Source: an uncultured Ruficoccus sp. (lineage in GTDB: Bacteria > Verrucomicrobiota > Verrucomicrobiia > Opitutales > Cerasicoccaceae). Taken from it: DNA of 64,000 bases. The stretch spans positions 1-64,000 of the forward strand of contig OZ223519.1 of NCBI GenBank assembly GCA_965140785.1, in the 5' to 3' direction. Each line of letters begins with the position of its first letter. Positions within the stretch are counted from its first letter, which is position 1. The position numbers and the translations under genes are program-made. This document shows, piece by piece, positions 10,486 to 20,482 of the stretch. The notes beneath the pieces are model-generated. The model was not told the origin of the DNA, did not search any database, and saw nothing but the letters and a program-made list of their open reading frames with translations.

Positions 10486-11448
10486 ATGAAGAACCCCATC
10501 ATTCGAATGGTTGCTCCACTTAGTCCGCTGAAAGCTGACGGCTCACTTAATCTGGCTGTGGTGGAACGCCAAGCCAGACTCTTACTGACTCGTGGTGCGC
10601 AAGGGTTTTATCTTTGCGGAGGAACTGGTGAAGGCCAGCTTCTCACCGTAGCTGAGCGTGAGAAGATCGCGGAAGCGTGGCGTGAGGCGTTGCCGTCCGA
10701 TGTCACCATGATCGTTCACGTCGGTTGTGCCAGCCCTATGGATGCGATGGAATTGGCCCGTCATGCGCAATTGATTGGAGCCAGCGGTATTTCGTCTGTG
10801 ACACCGTCTCCTTATGCGGCCCGAGATATGGCTGCGCTTGTCTCGCATTTTGCAGCCATTGCGGCAGCTGCGCCCGAATTGCCTTTTTACTATTACCACA
10901 ATTCCTCGGCACCGGGCCTACGGATTAAAGCCGCTGATTTTCTGGCCGTGGCAAGTGCCAAGATACCAACGTTAGGAGGCGTCAAATATACGGATGCAGA
11001 CTTGATGGATCTCAGTTGTGCGCTGCGTTATGAGGATGGGCGCTACAATGTTCTTTTCGGAAAGGACGAGATGGCGCTCGGTGCACTGGCAATGGGAGTG
11101 CGTAGTTTTGTCGGTGGGTCCTATAATATTTTAAGCCCGCTGCTTTGCCGCATTATAAATGAATGGGAAAAGGGCTGCGCTGAAAAGGCTCGTCTTATAC
11201 AGGATGTATTGGTCGATGCCATTGCGGTCTTTGGGCGATTCGGTGGTCTTGGTGCTCTCAAGGCTGCGACTTTGGCGCTGGGCATCGACTTGGGCCCGAT
11301 GCGACTCCCGCTGCCAACAGTCTCACGGGAGGACGTTCCCAGACTGCATGCTGAACTCGATAAGGTGTGGCCCGCATGGCGCGAGACCCCAGAGGGAATC
11401 GCACCCGACCGTCTTTCCCCCACGGAGTCAAATAAATGTCAGGTGTGA
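10486..11448 (+). CDS. DHDPS / N-acetylneuraminate lyase family aldolase
   Basis: GGTGEG, IVHVG, LPFYYYH, GVKYT Schiff-base Lys, FGKDE, GGSYN. Confidence 0.9.
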   Translation: MKNPIIRMVAPLSPLKADGSLNLAVVERQARLLLTRGAQGFYLCGGTGEGQLLTVAEREKIAEAWREALPSDVTMIVHVGCASPMDAMELARHAQLIGASGISSVTPSPYAARDMAALVSHFAAIAAAAPELPFYYYHNSSAPGLRIKAADFLAVASAKIPTLGGVKYTDADLMDLSCALRYEDGRYNVLFGKDEMALGALAMGVRSFVGGSYNILSPLLCRIINEWEKGCAEKARLIQDVLVDAIAVFGRFGGLGALKAATLALGIDLGPMRLPLPTVSREDVPRLHAELDKVWPAWRETPEGIAPDRLSPTESNKCQV

Positions 11449-11554
11449 AGGGAAGAAAAACACTATCCTCATTTTTATGCCTTCAGCGAGCCGCTTATGC
11501 CACCTCTGCGCTCTTGGTTCAGGGTTTGTTCGAATACAAAAATCTAATCTTTAA

Positions 11555-13606
11555 ATGATCGATCCAAATAATACTAATTATGATTTTGTGGTTGTCGGCG
11601 GAACGCCAGGAGGTATTGCCTGTGCCGTGCGAGCCGCCCGTGAAGGCTTAACAGTTTTGCTGGTCAACTATTCACAGCATCTCGGCGGTTTTGTTACCAG
11701 CGGAGCAGGCGGATGGGAAACTCCCTGTGATTACTTGCGCTCTCCGCTCTACGCAGAAATGATTAATGGAGCGGCTGACTATTACCGTGGCACCTGCGGT
11801 GATGATTCGCCACAGTACCGGGCCGCCTTGCCCAATCCAGAGAGCCGGGCACATATCGAGCGGCCCAAGGTAGAGCCTCGCGTGGCCGAGATGTTGTTTG
11901 AGCAAATGGTTGCGCGTGAGAAGTCTCTTTCTGTGCTCAAAGGATATTATGTTCTTGCGGTTGAGCGAGAGGGAGCTCTGATTCAAGCGATTAATGTTGT
12001 CGAGGCCCATCCTTCGGACTCCTCCGTGCCTTGCGAATTGCGTATTACCGCTCGCACCTATGCTGACGCTACCTATGAAGGGGACTTGGCTGCCGCCGCA
12101 GGTGCACCCTGTCAGATTGGACGTGAACCGCAAAGCCGATATCATGAACCGCACGCAGGCGTTATTTATTCTACGGAGCGAACGCATACATCCGTTCAAA
12201 TGCGTTTCCCGGAGGCATCTGTTTCCGGGGATTTGAACCTGCGAAGCTTTCCGCATGCCACCGGTCCCTTGCGCGAGCCCGAGAGTACCGGCGAAGGAGA
12301 CGATGCCGTCATGGCTTACAACTACAGGCTTATTCTGACCAAGGATCCTGAGAATCGTGTCCCGATTACGCGACCTGAAAACTACGACCCTGACGCTGCG
12401 AAAAAAGTAAGTAATGGAAGTTATGTTCCCGGTCTTCCCAATGTCATTTCAGACCGTCCGAATGTTGTTCCCAATATTCCCAACGGCAAGATCGGCTGGA
12501 ACGGAGGAAGGCTTATCGGTCCTCAGAATATCTGGCCGAGCGCAGATTGGACAACTCGCGAGCGTATTGCCCGTGAGTATCTGGATACGATGCTTAGCCT
12601 GCTGTGGTATTATCAAAATGATCCCAATGCCCGTGAATGCGATCGCGATTACTGGAAGGGCTATGGACTAGCCGCCGACGAATTTATCGATAACGAGAAT
12701 CTCCCGTATGAGATATACGTTCGCGAGGCGCGGCGGCTCATTGGGCGTTATGTCTTTACTGAAAAGGATGCTATGCCGGACCCTGCTCTGGCTCGTGCTT
12801 GCCATAAGGCACGGACGCCGATTCATTTTGACAGCATTGCGACAACGGATTGGCCAATTGATTCCGTCGCTTGCCTCAGGCGGAGTTCTGGTGAGGGCGC
12901 CCATCCGGACGGTATCCTGTTCTTGGCCGAGGAATCTCGCCCTGCGCAGATCCCTTACCGGACGTTACTTCCCAAGGGACTGGCCAACCTGCTCGTTCCC
13001 GTAGCTCTTTCCGCTTCTCATGTCGGTTGGGGACCGATCCGACTTGAGCCGGTGTGGATGCAGACGGGTGAAGCCGCCGGGCTCGCAGCCGCGCTTGCTT
13101 TTCAGCACGGAGTTATGCCTGACAGCCTTAACCCTGACATCCTACTTCACGGCCTCGTAGAGCGACGCGTCATGGTCTCGTTTTTTAATGATGTCGATCC
13201 GAGCTCTTCCGAGTCATGGGTTTCGGCAGTGCAGTATCTCGGAACCAAGGGCTTTTTTGCAACCTACGATGCCCGCCCGGATGATGATCTGACGTTATCC
13301 ACCGCAAGGTGCTGGGTGGCTATCTTCGATGGTCTATTGGCACGATTCTCTGGCGCTGCCCATTGTGACGAAGAGAAGATTGGGATAACTGATGTAGTTC
13401 ACACATTGCCGACGAATGACCATGATGAGGATACGATCACACTGTCGAGATTCTCCACCATGCTGACAGAGCGATTGCGTGTGAGAGCTATGGACGATGA
13501 GCCCATGAGATCAATGGTTAGCATTATGGGGATGAGCGATGCGCAGGTGTCGCGGTCGGCAGCGTGCGAGCTTGTTTACCAGATATTGGTGCCATTGCTT
13601 ACATGA
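11555..13606 (+). CDS. FAD-dependent oxidoreductase (FAD_oxidored type)
   Basis: DFVVVGGTPGG, DATYEGDL, YVREARR, IRLEPVWMQTGEAAG. Confidence 0.9.
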   Translation: MIDPNNTNYDFVVVGGTPGGIACAVRAAREGLTVLLVNYSQHLGGFVTSGAGGWETPCDYLRSPLYAEMINGAADYYRGTCGDDSPQYRAALPNPESRAHIERPKVEPRVAEMLFEQMVAREKSLSVLKGYYVLAVEREGALIQAINVVEAHPSDSSVPCELRITARTYADATYEGDLAAAAGAPCQIGREPQSRYHEPHAGVIYSTERTHTSVQMRFPEASVSGDLNLRSFPHATGPLREPESTGEGDDAVMAYNYRLILTKDPENRVPITRPENYDPDAAKKVSNGSYVPGLPNVISDRPNVVPNIPNGKIGWNGGRLIGPQNIWPSADWTTRERIAREYLDTMLSLLWYYQNDPNARECDRDYWKGYGLAADEFIDNENLPYEIYVREARRLIGRYVFTEKDAMPDPALARACHKARTPIHFDSIATTDWPIDSVACLRRSSGEGAHPDGILFLAEESRPAQIPYRTLLPKGLANLLVPVALSASHVGWGPIRLEPVWMQTGEAAGLAAALAFQHGVMPDSLNPDILLHGLVERRVMVSFFNDVDPSSSESWVSAVQYLGTKGFFATYDARPDDDLTLSTARCWVAIFDGLLARFSGAAHCDEEKIGITDVVHTLPTNDHDEDTITLSRFSTMLTERLRVRAMDDEPMRSMVSIMGMSDAQVSRSAACELVYQILVPLLT

Positions 13607-13770
13607 AGCCGCTATTCCAGCTTCCGGATGTCTGGTTTGTGAAGCTGCACTTATGTCATGCCTGCGATATCGTGCCGTATTTCGTGACGGTGGGCGAGGT
13701 GGCCCGGATTCTGTCCGCTCAGGCAGGCGAGAGCATGCCGATCAATTAACTTACGAGGATACATCTACTC

Positions 13771-14401
13771 ATGCACATAGTTGACTTGTTGATTTTAGTT
13801 ATACCAATGATCGCCATTTTGTCGTTGTCCATCTATTCGCGCAAATACGTGCGTGGGGTGGTAGACTTTCTGGCGGCGGGGCGCGTGGAGGGGCGTTATG
13901 TGATCTCGGCGGGAGATCGGACAGCGGGGTTGAGCGTGATCACGTTGGTGGCGCTGGTGGAGGCCAAGTATCAGGTCGGTTACGCGCTGACGTTCTGGGA
14001 GTATCTGACGGTGCCGGTGGGCGTGATCATGGGTCTGACCGGGTACTGTGTTTATCGTTTTCGTGAGACGCGCTCGCTCTCGATCGGCCAGTTCTTGGAG
14101 ATGCGTTACTGCCGCTCGTTCCGCATCGTAGCGGCGACGATACGCACGGTTTCGGAGATGTTGGCCCCCGCAGTGGTGGAGCACCTACTTCCTCATCACG
14201 AGCCTCTGGGTCACTGCCGTGCTCGGAGTCATCTCGACGGTATGGTTCCTCATCGGCGGCATCATCGACATCCGTAAACTCTTCCGCGACCTGGCCGCCA
14301 GCATCGACGACCCCCTCGACAACGGCAGGGTCGAGGGCCACATCTCCCTCGCTGACAAGGCCGCTTTCCAGACAAAAGGGGTGAAAAGCGAAGATGACTA
14401 A
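13771..14401 (+). pseudogene. Sodium:solute symporter remnant with a large internal deletion
   Basis: N-terminus DFLAAGR...GQFLEMRY is fused out of frame at ~14161-14166 to the C-terminal WPPQWW...WFLIGGIIDIRKLF...DNGRVEGH; only ~630 bp remain. Confidence 0.85.
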
Positions 14402-14511
14402 CTTACCGTCGGTTTAATAGCGTTTGGGTGCCCTTTATTTGTGATAGCAATATTGGTATTTAATTAAAATAAAGTATCACAATTAGAATGTTTAATGCAA
14501 TAAGTAGTATA

Positions 14512-14889
14512 ATGGTTCACATAGACAACGAATTGAAACGCCTCGAAGAGGAGAAAAAGAAACTGCAAAAGCAGAAGCAACAATTGCTGGAGCAAAAGAG
14601 AATACGGAAAGCGGCGCAGAGCAAGCTCGCCGCTCTGGTCAAGCAGAGCGGGTTTGATACCCCCAAGGCACTGGTAGAGGCGTTGGTCGAGAAGTATGAC
14701 GTTCGTCTTCGGCGTGAGACAACGGCCCTGCCCCAACGGCGTAAGCATACCAAGGTCACGGCAGATCTGCGCGACCACATCAAGGGGCTGTTGAATGAAA
14801 AGTCGATGAACCGTGTCTCGAAAGAGCTGCGGATCAGTTATGCGGTCATCGCCAAGGTGGCCAACGGGGCCTACGACAAGCTCAAGTAA
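14512..14889 (+). CDS. Small basic coiled-coil + HTH DNA-binding protein (H-NS/MvaT-like architecture)
   Basis: N-terminal coiled coil, SGF hinge, RRKHTKVT linker, C-terminal MNRVSKELRISYAVIAKV helix-turn-helix; very AT-rich upstream region. Confidence 0.6.
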   Translation: MVHIDNELKRLEEEKKKLQKQKQQLLEQKRIRKAAQSKLAALVKQSGFDTPKALVEALVEKYDVRLRRETTALPQRRKHTKVTADLRDHIKGLLNEKSMNRVSKELRISYAVIAKVANGAYDKLK

Positions 14890-14963
14890 GTTTTTCTTGT
14901 TTGTGTCTCATCGTGTCCGGCAGACCACTGATCGGTAATTCCCGATCATAGACGTATGCCCCC

Positions 14964-15000
14964 AAAAAAGCCCTTCCGTTGTTCACGGAGGGACTTTTTT
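14964..15000. terminator. Bidirectional intrinsic terminator-like hairpin
   Basis: AAAAAAG-CCCTTCCGT-loop-ACGGAGGG-A-CTTTTTT. Confidence 0.65.
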
Positions 15001-15176
15001 GCATTCCAATTTGGGGATGTTCGGAAAGCATGGGCATTTCGCTTGTACGAAAGCGTGGTTACGCGCCGTTCTAGGCCGGGATCTTGATGAGGCATGGTTG
15101 ACACCGCCCCGTTACGCCCCGGGCAATTTCTGCCCATGGGCTCCGGGTATACCCGGGCATTCAACCGCCAGTAACC

Positions 15177-16172
15177 ATGCAAGATAACTCTGCAACGGGC
15201 CTGCCGCTCATTTCCGGTAAGGTCGAAAAACCCCAGCGGGTCGTGATTTACGGCCCCGAAGGCATCGGCAAGAGCACGCTCGCTGCCGCCTTCCCCGAAC
15301 CGGTCTTCCTCGACACCGAGGGTGGCACCATTCACCTGAACGTCACGCGGTTCTCCCAGCCCGAGCATTGGGAGGACATCCTGGGCCTCGTCGCCCAGTT
15401 GGGGCAAAGCACGCACAGCTTTCGGACGCTGGTCATCGACACGGTGGACTGGCTGGAACGCCTGCTCATCGAACACATCTGCCGCAAATCCCATAAGGAG
15501 GGCATCGAGGACTTCGGGTATGGTAAGGGCTACACTTATCTCTCGGAGGAATTCTCGCGCTTTCTGCAGTCGCTGGAGACGCTCCGAAATCGGGGCATGC
15601 ACTTGGTTATGGTGGCGCACTCCACGATCCGCAAGTTTGAGCAGCCCGACGCCGCCGGGGCCTATGACCGCTACGAGTTGAAGCTCTCGAAGCAGTGTGC
15701 TCCCCTGCTTAAGGAATGGTGTGACCTGCTTCTGTTCGTGAACTACTTCACGAAGGTGACGGAAACTGATGGGCGAAAGAAAGCGGTCGGCGGCAAGGAA
15801 CGCCGTATCTACACCGCCCACTGCGCGGCCTTCGATGCCAAGAACCGCCACGGACTCGACGATGTGCTTCCGATGGAGTTTGCGGCTATCGCCCATGTCT
15901 TCCCGGCCACGAGTCCGCAACCTGCCGCCCAGTCTGCTCCGGCAACTCCTCCCGCCGATACCGGCAAGCCCGCCACCGGCCAGCAGATTAAAAACATCCA
16001 GGGTCTCTGGCAGCAACTTGGCTGCGGACAAGAGCAAATGGCCAAGCTGTTCCAGTGGCTTGATGCCGAGGCGTTGGAGGGTGCGGAAAGTTGGGAGGAC
16101 CTGACCATGGAGCAGGCTGCCCGGGCCATCAGCTTCCTCTCTAAGAAAGTTTCCGAAGGAGGTGCGGCATGA
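15177..16172 (+). CDS. Phage NTP-binding protein, AAA_24 / Sak4-like
   Basis: VIYGPEGIGKST, FLDTEGG, TLVIDTVDWLE, GYGKGY, EWCD, AKNR. Confidence 0.9.
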   Translation: MQDNSATGLPLISGKVEKPQRVVIYGPEGIGKSTLAAAFPEPVFLDTEGGTIHLNVTRFSQPEHWEDILGLVAQLGQSTHSFRTLVIDTVDWLERLLIEHICRKSHKEGIEDFGYGKGYTYLSEEFSRFLQSLETLRNRGMHLVMVAHSTIRKFEQPDAAGAYDRYELKLSKQCAPLLKEWCDLLLFVNYFTKVTETDGRKKAVGGKERRIYTAHCAAFDAKNRHGLDDVLPMEFAAIAHVFPATSPQPAAQSAPATPPADTGKPATGQQIKNIQGLWQQLGCGQEQMAKLFQWLDAEALEGAESWEDLTMEQAARAISFLSKKVSEGGAA

Positions 16173-16372
16173 TGGAGGAAGACTATTACGCGTATGAGCA
16201 GCGGGCCGAGCGCCTCCGCGACTACGATCCCGATCTCAGAGAGACCAGTGCGCTGATGCAGGCCAGATTTGAGGCTCATGGTTCCGGCTCATCTCGGAAA
16301 GCAGCGAAGGCGATTGAACCTTCAGCCACCCGGCTGCCCGCCCCCAACTCCAACCCCTCTTCGCAGTCATGA
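16169..16372 (+). CDS. Hypothetical small phage-type protein
   Basis: ATGA overlaps with both neighbours. Confidence 0.55.
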   Translation: MMEEDYYAYEQRAERLRDYDPDLRETSALMQARFEAHGSGSSRKAAKAIEPSATRLPAPNSNPSSQS

Positions 16373-16800
16373 AGTACACCTCTCAAAACGCCGACAACCT
16401 GCCCCGTTTTGTGCCCAACGGCGACTACCTCGTCACGGTGATCGAGGCGTCGGAGACCCTGTCCAAGGCTGGTGACGAAATGATCAAGCTGAAGCTCGAG
16501 GTCGAGGGTCACGGCGTCCACCTCTACGATTACCTTGTCGCGACCGAAGCAAGCTTCTGGAAGATCGACACCTTCCGCAAGTCCATTGGCGACCGGGTGG
16601 TCGAGGGCGAGGAAGTCGAACTCTCCGCCGCCACTCTTGAAGGGCGTCAGGGCCATGCCCGTCTCCGCATCGAGGAGTATCAGGGCAAGAAGAGCAACAA
16701 GGTGGAGCTGTGGATCACGGACAACGTGCCGATTGCCACCCCCAAGGCACCCCAGCACTCTGCGGCACAATCAGAGGAGGACGACGATGTCCCGTTTTGA
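16369..16800 (+). CDS. DUF669-like single-stranded DNA-binding protein
   Basis: PNGDYLVTVIEA...SKAGDEMIKL; acidic SSB-type tail EEDDDVPF; follows AAA_24. Confidence 0.8.
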   Translation: MKYTSQNADNLPRFVPNGDYLVTVIEASETLSKAGDEMIKLKLEVEGHGVHLYDYLVATEASFWKIDTFRKSIGDRVVEGEEVELSAATLEGRQGHARLRIEEYQGKKSNKVELWITDNVPIATPKAPQHSAAQSEEDDDVPF

Positions 16801-18293
16801 CCTTCGTCCCTACCAGCAGGAGTTCCTGTCGGCGGTGCGTCGCGACTTTCGGGAGCATGATCACATACTCGGCGTTGCGGCGACCGGTGCGGGCAAGACG
16901 ATCCTCGCTTCGGAACTGATGCGCGGCTGGAACGGTAATTGCCTGTTCCTGGCTGACGCTCAGGAACTGGTCCGGCAGAACGCCGACAAGTATTTCGGGT
17001 ACGCCGGTGAGTTTGCCGGTATCGAAATGGCCGACTCGAAGGCGCTCCTCGGGGACCGGGTGGTGGTCGCCACCACGCAGAGCATCTGCCGCCGCTTGGA
17101 TAAGTTGCCACGGGATTACTTCGGCCTCGTGATCGTTGATGAAGCCCACCGCAACACGCTGGGTGCGATGGCGGCGCAGGTGCTCTTACATTTCGACTCA
17201 GCCAAGGTGCTCGGGGTGACGGCCACCCCGTTCCGTTCCGACCGCCGCCAACTCGGTAGCTTTTATGAAAAGATTTCCGTCGAGATCGGTCTGGCCCGGC
17301 TGATCAAGGAAGGCTGGCTCTCGCGCATCGTCATCAAAAGCGTCCCATTGCCGGTAGACCTTTCGCAGGTGCGCACCACAGCGGGCGATTATAACGAGGG
17401 TGATTTAGGCGATGTCATCATGCCCCACTTGCGTCAGGCAGCGCGGCTTATTGCCAAGCACGCCCGTGGCCGTAGGACCGTGGCCTTCCTGCCCCTCATC
17501 GCCAGCAGTAAGGCATTTGTGGATGCCTGCCGGGCCGAGGGTATCCGCGCCGTTCACGTAGATGGCAACGACCGCCAGGGACTGCGGGCTTATGAGCACA
17601 GGGAATATTCTCGTCTCCAACGCCTCCCTCCTGACGACGGGCTGGGATCACCCGCAGACCGATTGCGTCTTTATCCTGCGCCCCACGAAAAGCCTGTCGT
17701 TGTTTCAGCAGATGGTGGGGCGGGGTACACGCATTGCCGAGGGGAAGGAAAACCTGCTTCTGCTCGATCCGTTGTTCCTGAGCGACGATCACTCCCTCAT
17801 TCGCCCGGCCCGCCTCATTGCCCGTTCCGAGGAGGAGACCTGCGAATTAAGCGATCGCCTCTCGGGTGGCGGTGAAGTCGATTTGCTGGAGGCCGAGGAA
17901 GAGGTGGAGGAATTACGACAGTCCCGGCTGGAGGAACGCCTCGTAAAGGCCGCTCGCCGGAAGGCCCGCACCATCGACGCCATCGAGTTTTGCCTCAGCC
18001 TCAAGGCGGTGGAATTGGCCGACTACGAGCCGGAGTTGCCCTGGGAAGGCAAGCCGCCGAGTGACCGGCAATTGATCACATTGGCCAAGGCCGGGTTCGA
18101 CACCGATTGCGTAAGTTGTCGGGGACACGCCTCGAAGATCCTCGATCTGTTGTTTATGCGGCGCGAGCACGGCCTGGCCACTCCCAAGCAGTTGAGCTGG
18201 CTGCGGAAGTTCAACTACCCCGAACCGGAACTGGCCACCTTCGAGGAAGCGCAACTTTTCCTCGACGAGCACTTTAACCGGAAGGCGGTGTAA
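16787..18293 (+). pseudogene. SF2 DEAD/DEAH-box helicase with one frameshift at ~17605
   Basis: LRPYQ, ATGAGKT, DEAH and GVTATP in one frame; LLTTGWD, RPTKS and QMVGRGTR in the next (ORF 17562-18293). Confidence 0.85.
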
Positions 18294-20482
18294 TGGCTTT
18301 TCGTTACACATCCAAAGGCACCTCTGAGGTGCCAGCCGATTTCCGGCAGGTGGCCGAGGGCGTGGTGGGGCCGGTGGACTGGACTGATGAACACTCCGGA
18401 TACTGTGCGTGCCCCGGTGCCCACAAGCATACGACGCCCAGCCGTGAACGCGACTGCCGGGTCTATCTGGATGCCGAGAACGGTTACGCCCCGACAATCC
18501 ACTGTTTTCACGATAGCTGTAAGGAGGAAATCGCCGCTGCTAACTTCCGTCTGCGTTCCACCATTGGCAAAGTCGCGTTCCGGGCGGGCGATCATCACGA
18601 TTTTTCCCGCCGTCAAAACGGTTTTGACAGCGGGAAGCATCCCTTTGAGACCTTCCTAAAAGCGTGTTTCAAGGCCGATGACGTCCTTTCGCTTGCGCCG
18701 GGTACCTTACCCGATGGGGAGACCCGCGCTATCCCCGAGCACGGTGGTATCAACGTCTTCACCCGAGATCAGTGGTTGGAGCGGGCGACGGCCAAGGGCG
18801 GCATTGAACGCTTGTTCTCCACGAGGCACGGTCTCTACATCCGGATCAACCCCGTCACCCCGAAATCCAATGGCTCGGACAAGGATGTGACGGCCTTCCG
18901 GCACACCCTGATCGAGAGTGACCGCATCCCGAAGGCCGAACAGGAACGCATCCTGCGCGAGAGTGGGTTGCCCATCGCCGCACTTATAGACTCGGGCGGG
19001 CACAGCATCCATGCCTGGGTGCGGGTGGAGGCCAAGTCACGCGATGAATACCACGCCCGGCGCGAACGCCTCTGGCAGTCGCTCCCCGAGGGCTTTGTCA
19101 TCGACAGCCAGAATCGCAATCCCTCACGCTTCTCGCGCTGCCCGGGCGGGCGTCGCGGGGATGCCGTCCAGAAGCTCTTGGCCGTGAACCTCGGCCCAGC
19201 GTCCTTCGCGGCGTGGGAGCGCGAAGGCGATGGGTTAGGCTTGGCCGAGCCCCTGCGGGTGTCGCAACTCGGGGACTACGATACAGGCAACGATCCCAAC
19301 AACGTGCTGGGCAACCGCTGGCTGTGTCGGGGCGGAAGTCTGGTCATCGTCGGGCAGTCAGGCATCGGCAAGTCTTCGTTCTCCATGCAGCTCGCCGTCA
19401 TGTGGGCGCTGGGCCTGCCGGTGTTCAACATCCGCCCGATGCGTCCGCTCAAAAGCCTCATCATCCAGGCTGAAAACGACATTGGCGACTTGGCCGAGAT
19501 GTATCAGGGGGTGCGTGTCGGTATGGGCTTAAACGATGACCATCGTCCATTACTGGAGGACAACATCATCTTCTACCGCGACACCATCCACAGCGGCGCG
19601 GACTTTGCCAAAACCGCCGACGTCCTCATCCAGCGCCACCAGCCCGACCTCGTGTGGGGCGACCCGCTGCTCAACTACATCGGGGACGACGCCAGCCAGC
19701 AGAAGGTGGTTTCCGAATTCTGTGGGCGTCAGTTGAACCCGATCTCCGAGCGTACCGGCATCATCTGGTGTTTCATGCACCACACCGGCAAGCCGCCGTC
19801 CGACTCGAAGGCCCGCAGTCATTGGACCGGCTCGGACTACGCCTACAGCGGCTTAGGTTCGTCGGCCCTCACGAACTGGGCGCGGGAAGTAGCCGTGCTC
19901 ATGCGAGCGAAAACGCCCGAGGGACAGCCGCCCACGTTTCGATTTGAGTTGTGCAAACGTCGCCGCCGGGCCGGGATGACGGACACGCAGGGGAACACAA
20001 CCGAGGCCATCTTCGTGCGCCACGGGCAGACCGGGATCTGCTGGCAGCAATGCGCTGAACCGCAGGAGGGAGAGTCGGCAGGGAAGTACACCGTCGTCGG
20101 GAAATCGCCGCTTGGAGGCCGTCCCAAGGCCGCTACGCCCATCGTGGAATTCGAGCGCATGACTCGTCTTACCCGCGAACGGGAGGCGATGTTGGCTGCC
20201 AAATACGACATCTCCACTTCGACCGTTCGCCGTCGTTGGCGCGAGTACCAACAAGCCGAGCACCAGTCTCGTAACCAAGTCAAATCGGTCTGCTGTCAAA
20301 ACCCGTCGTCAAAACCTTCTCCCTTTCGACAGCCGCTGTCAAAACCCTCTACTCCCCCCTTAAGGGGGAGTCGTAGGGGTATTTCTGACAGCAGGCATAA
20401 CCCTAACCCTTCCGTGACAGCGACGGGAGGTTTTGACAGCGGGGAAAAATCAGAAAGGCAGGTGGGCGATGAGCCGTGGTGA
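18293..20482 (+). CDS. Primase-helicase type replication protein (AAA_25 ATPase)
   Basis: N-terminal Cys/His cluster, LIESD, DSGGHSIHAWV, NPSRFSR; Walker A GQSGIGKS; DPL; HHTGK; GSS. Confidence 0.85.
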   Translation: MAFRYTSKGTSEVPADFRQVAEGVVGPVDWTDEHSGYCACPGAHKHTTPSRERDCRVYLDAENGYAPTIHCFHDSCKEEIAAANFRLRSTIGKVAFRAGDHHDFSRRQNGFDSGKHPFETFLKACFKADDVLSLAPGTLPDGETRAIPEHGGINVFTRDQWLERATAKGGIERLFSTRHGLYIRINPVTPKSNGSDKDVTAFRHTLIESDRIPKAEQERILRESGLPIAALIDSGGHSIHAWVRVEAKSRDEYHARRERLWQSLPEGFVIDSQNRNPSRFSRCPGGRRGDAVQKLLAVNLGPASFAAWEREGDGLGLAEPLRVSQLGDYDTGNDPNNVLGNRWLCRGGSLVIVGQSGIGKSSFSMQLAVMWALGLPVFNIRPMRPLKSLIIQAENDIGDLAEMYQGVRVGMGLNDDHRPLLEDNIIFYRDTIHSGADFAKTADVLIQRHQPDLVWGDPLLNYIGDDASQQKVVSEFCGRQLNPISERTGIIWCFMHHTGKPPSDSKARSHWTGSDYAYSGLGSSALTNWAREVAVLMRAKTPEGQPPTFRFELCKRRRRAGMTDTQGNTTEAIFVRHGQTGICWQQCAEPQEGESAGKYTVVGKSPLGGRPKAATPIVEFERMTRLTREREAMLAAKYDISTSTVRRRWREYQQAEHQSRNQVKSVCCQNPSSKPSPFRQPLSKPSTPPLRGSRRGISDSRHNPNPSVTATGGFDSGEKSERQVGDEPW
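20292..20440. repeat. Iteron-like repeat cluster (putative replication origin)
   Basis: GCTGTCAAAACC at 20292 and 20335, a variant at 20305, an inverted copy at 20429-20440, and a central near-palindrome ACTCCCCCCTTAAGGGGGAGT at 20351-20371. Confidence 0.75.

Noticed and set aside
14147..14157. GTTTCGGA near the symporter junction as a partner att site
   Set aside because: Too short and explained by codons of the symporter.
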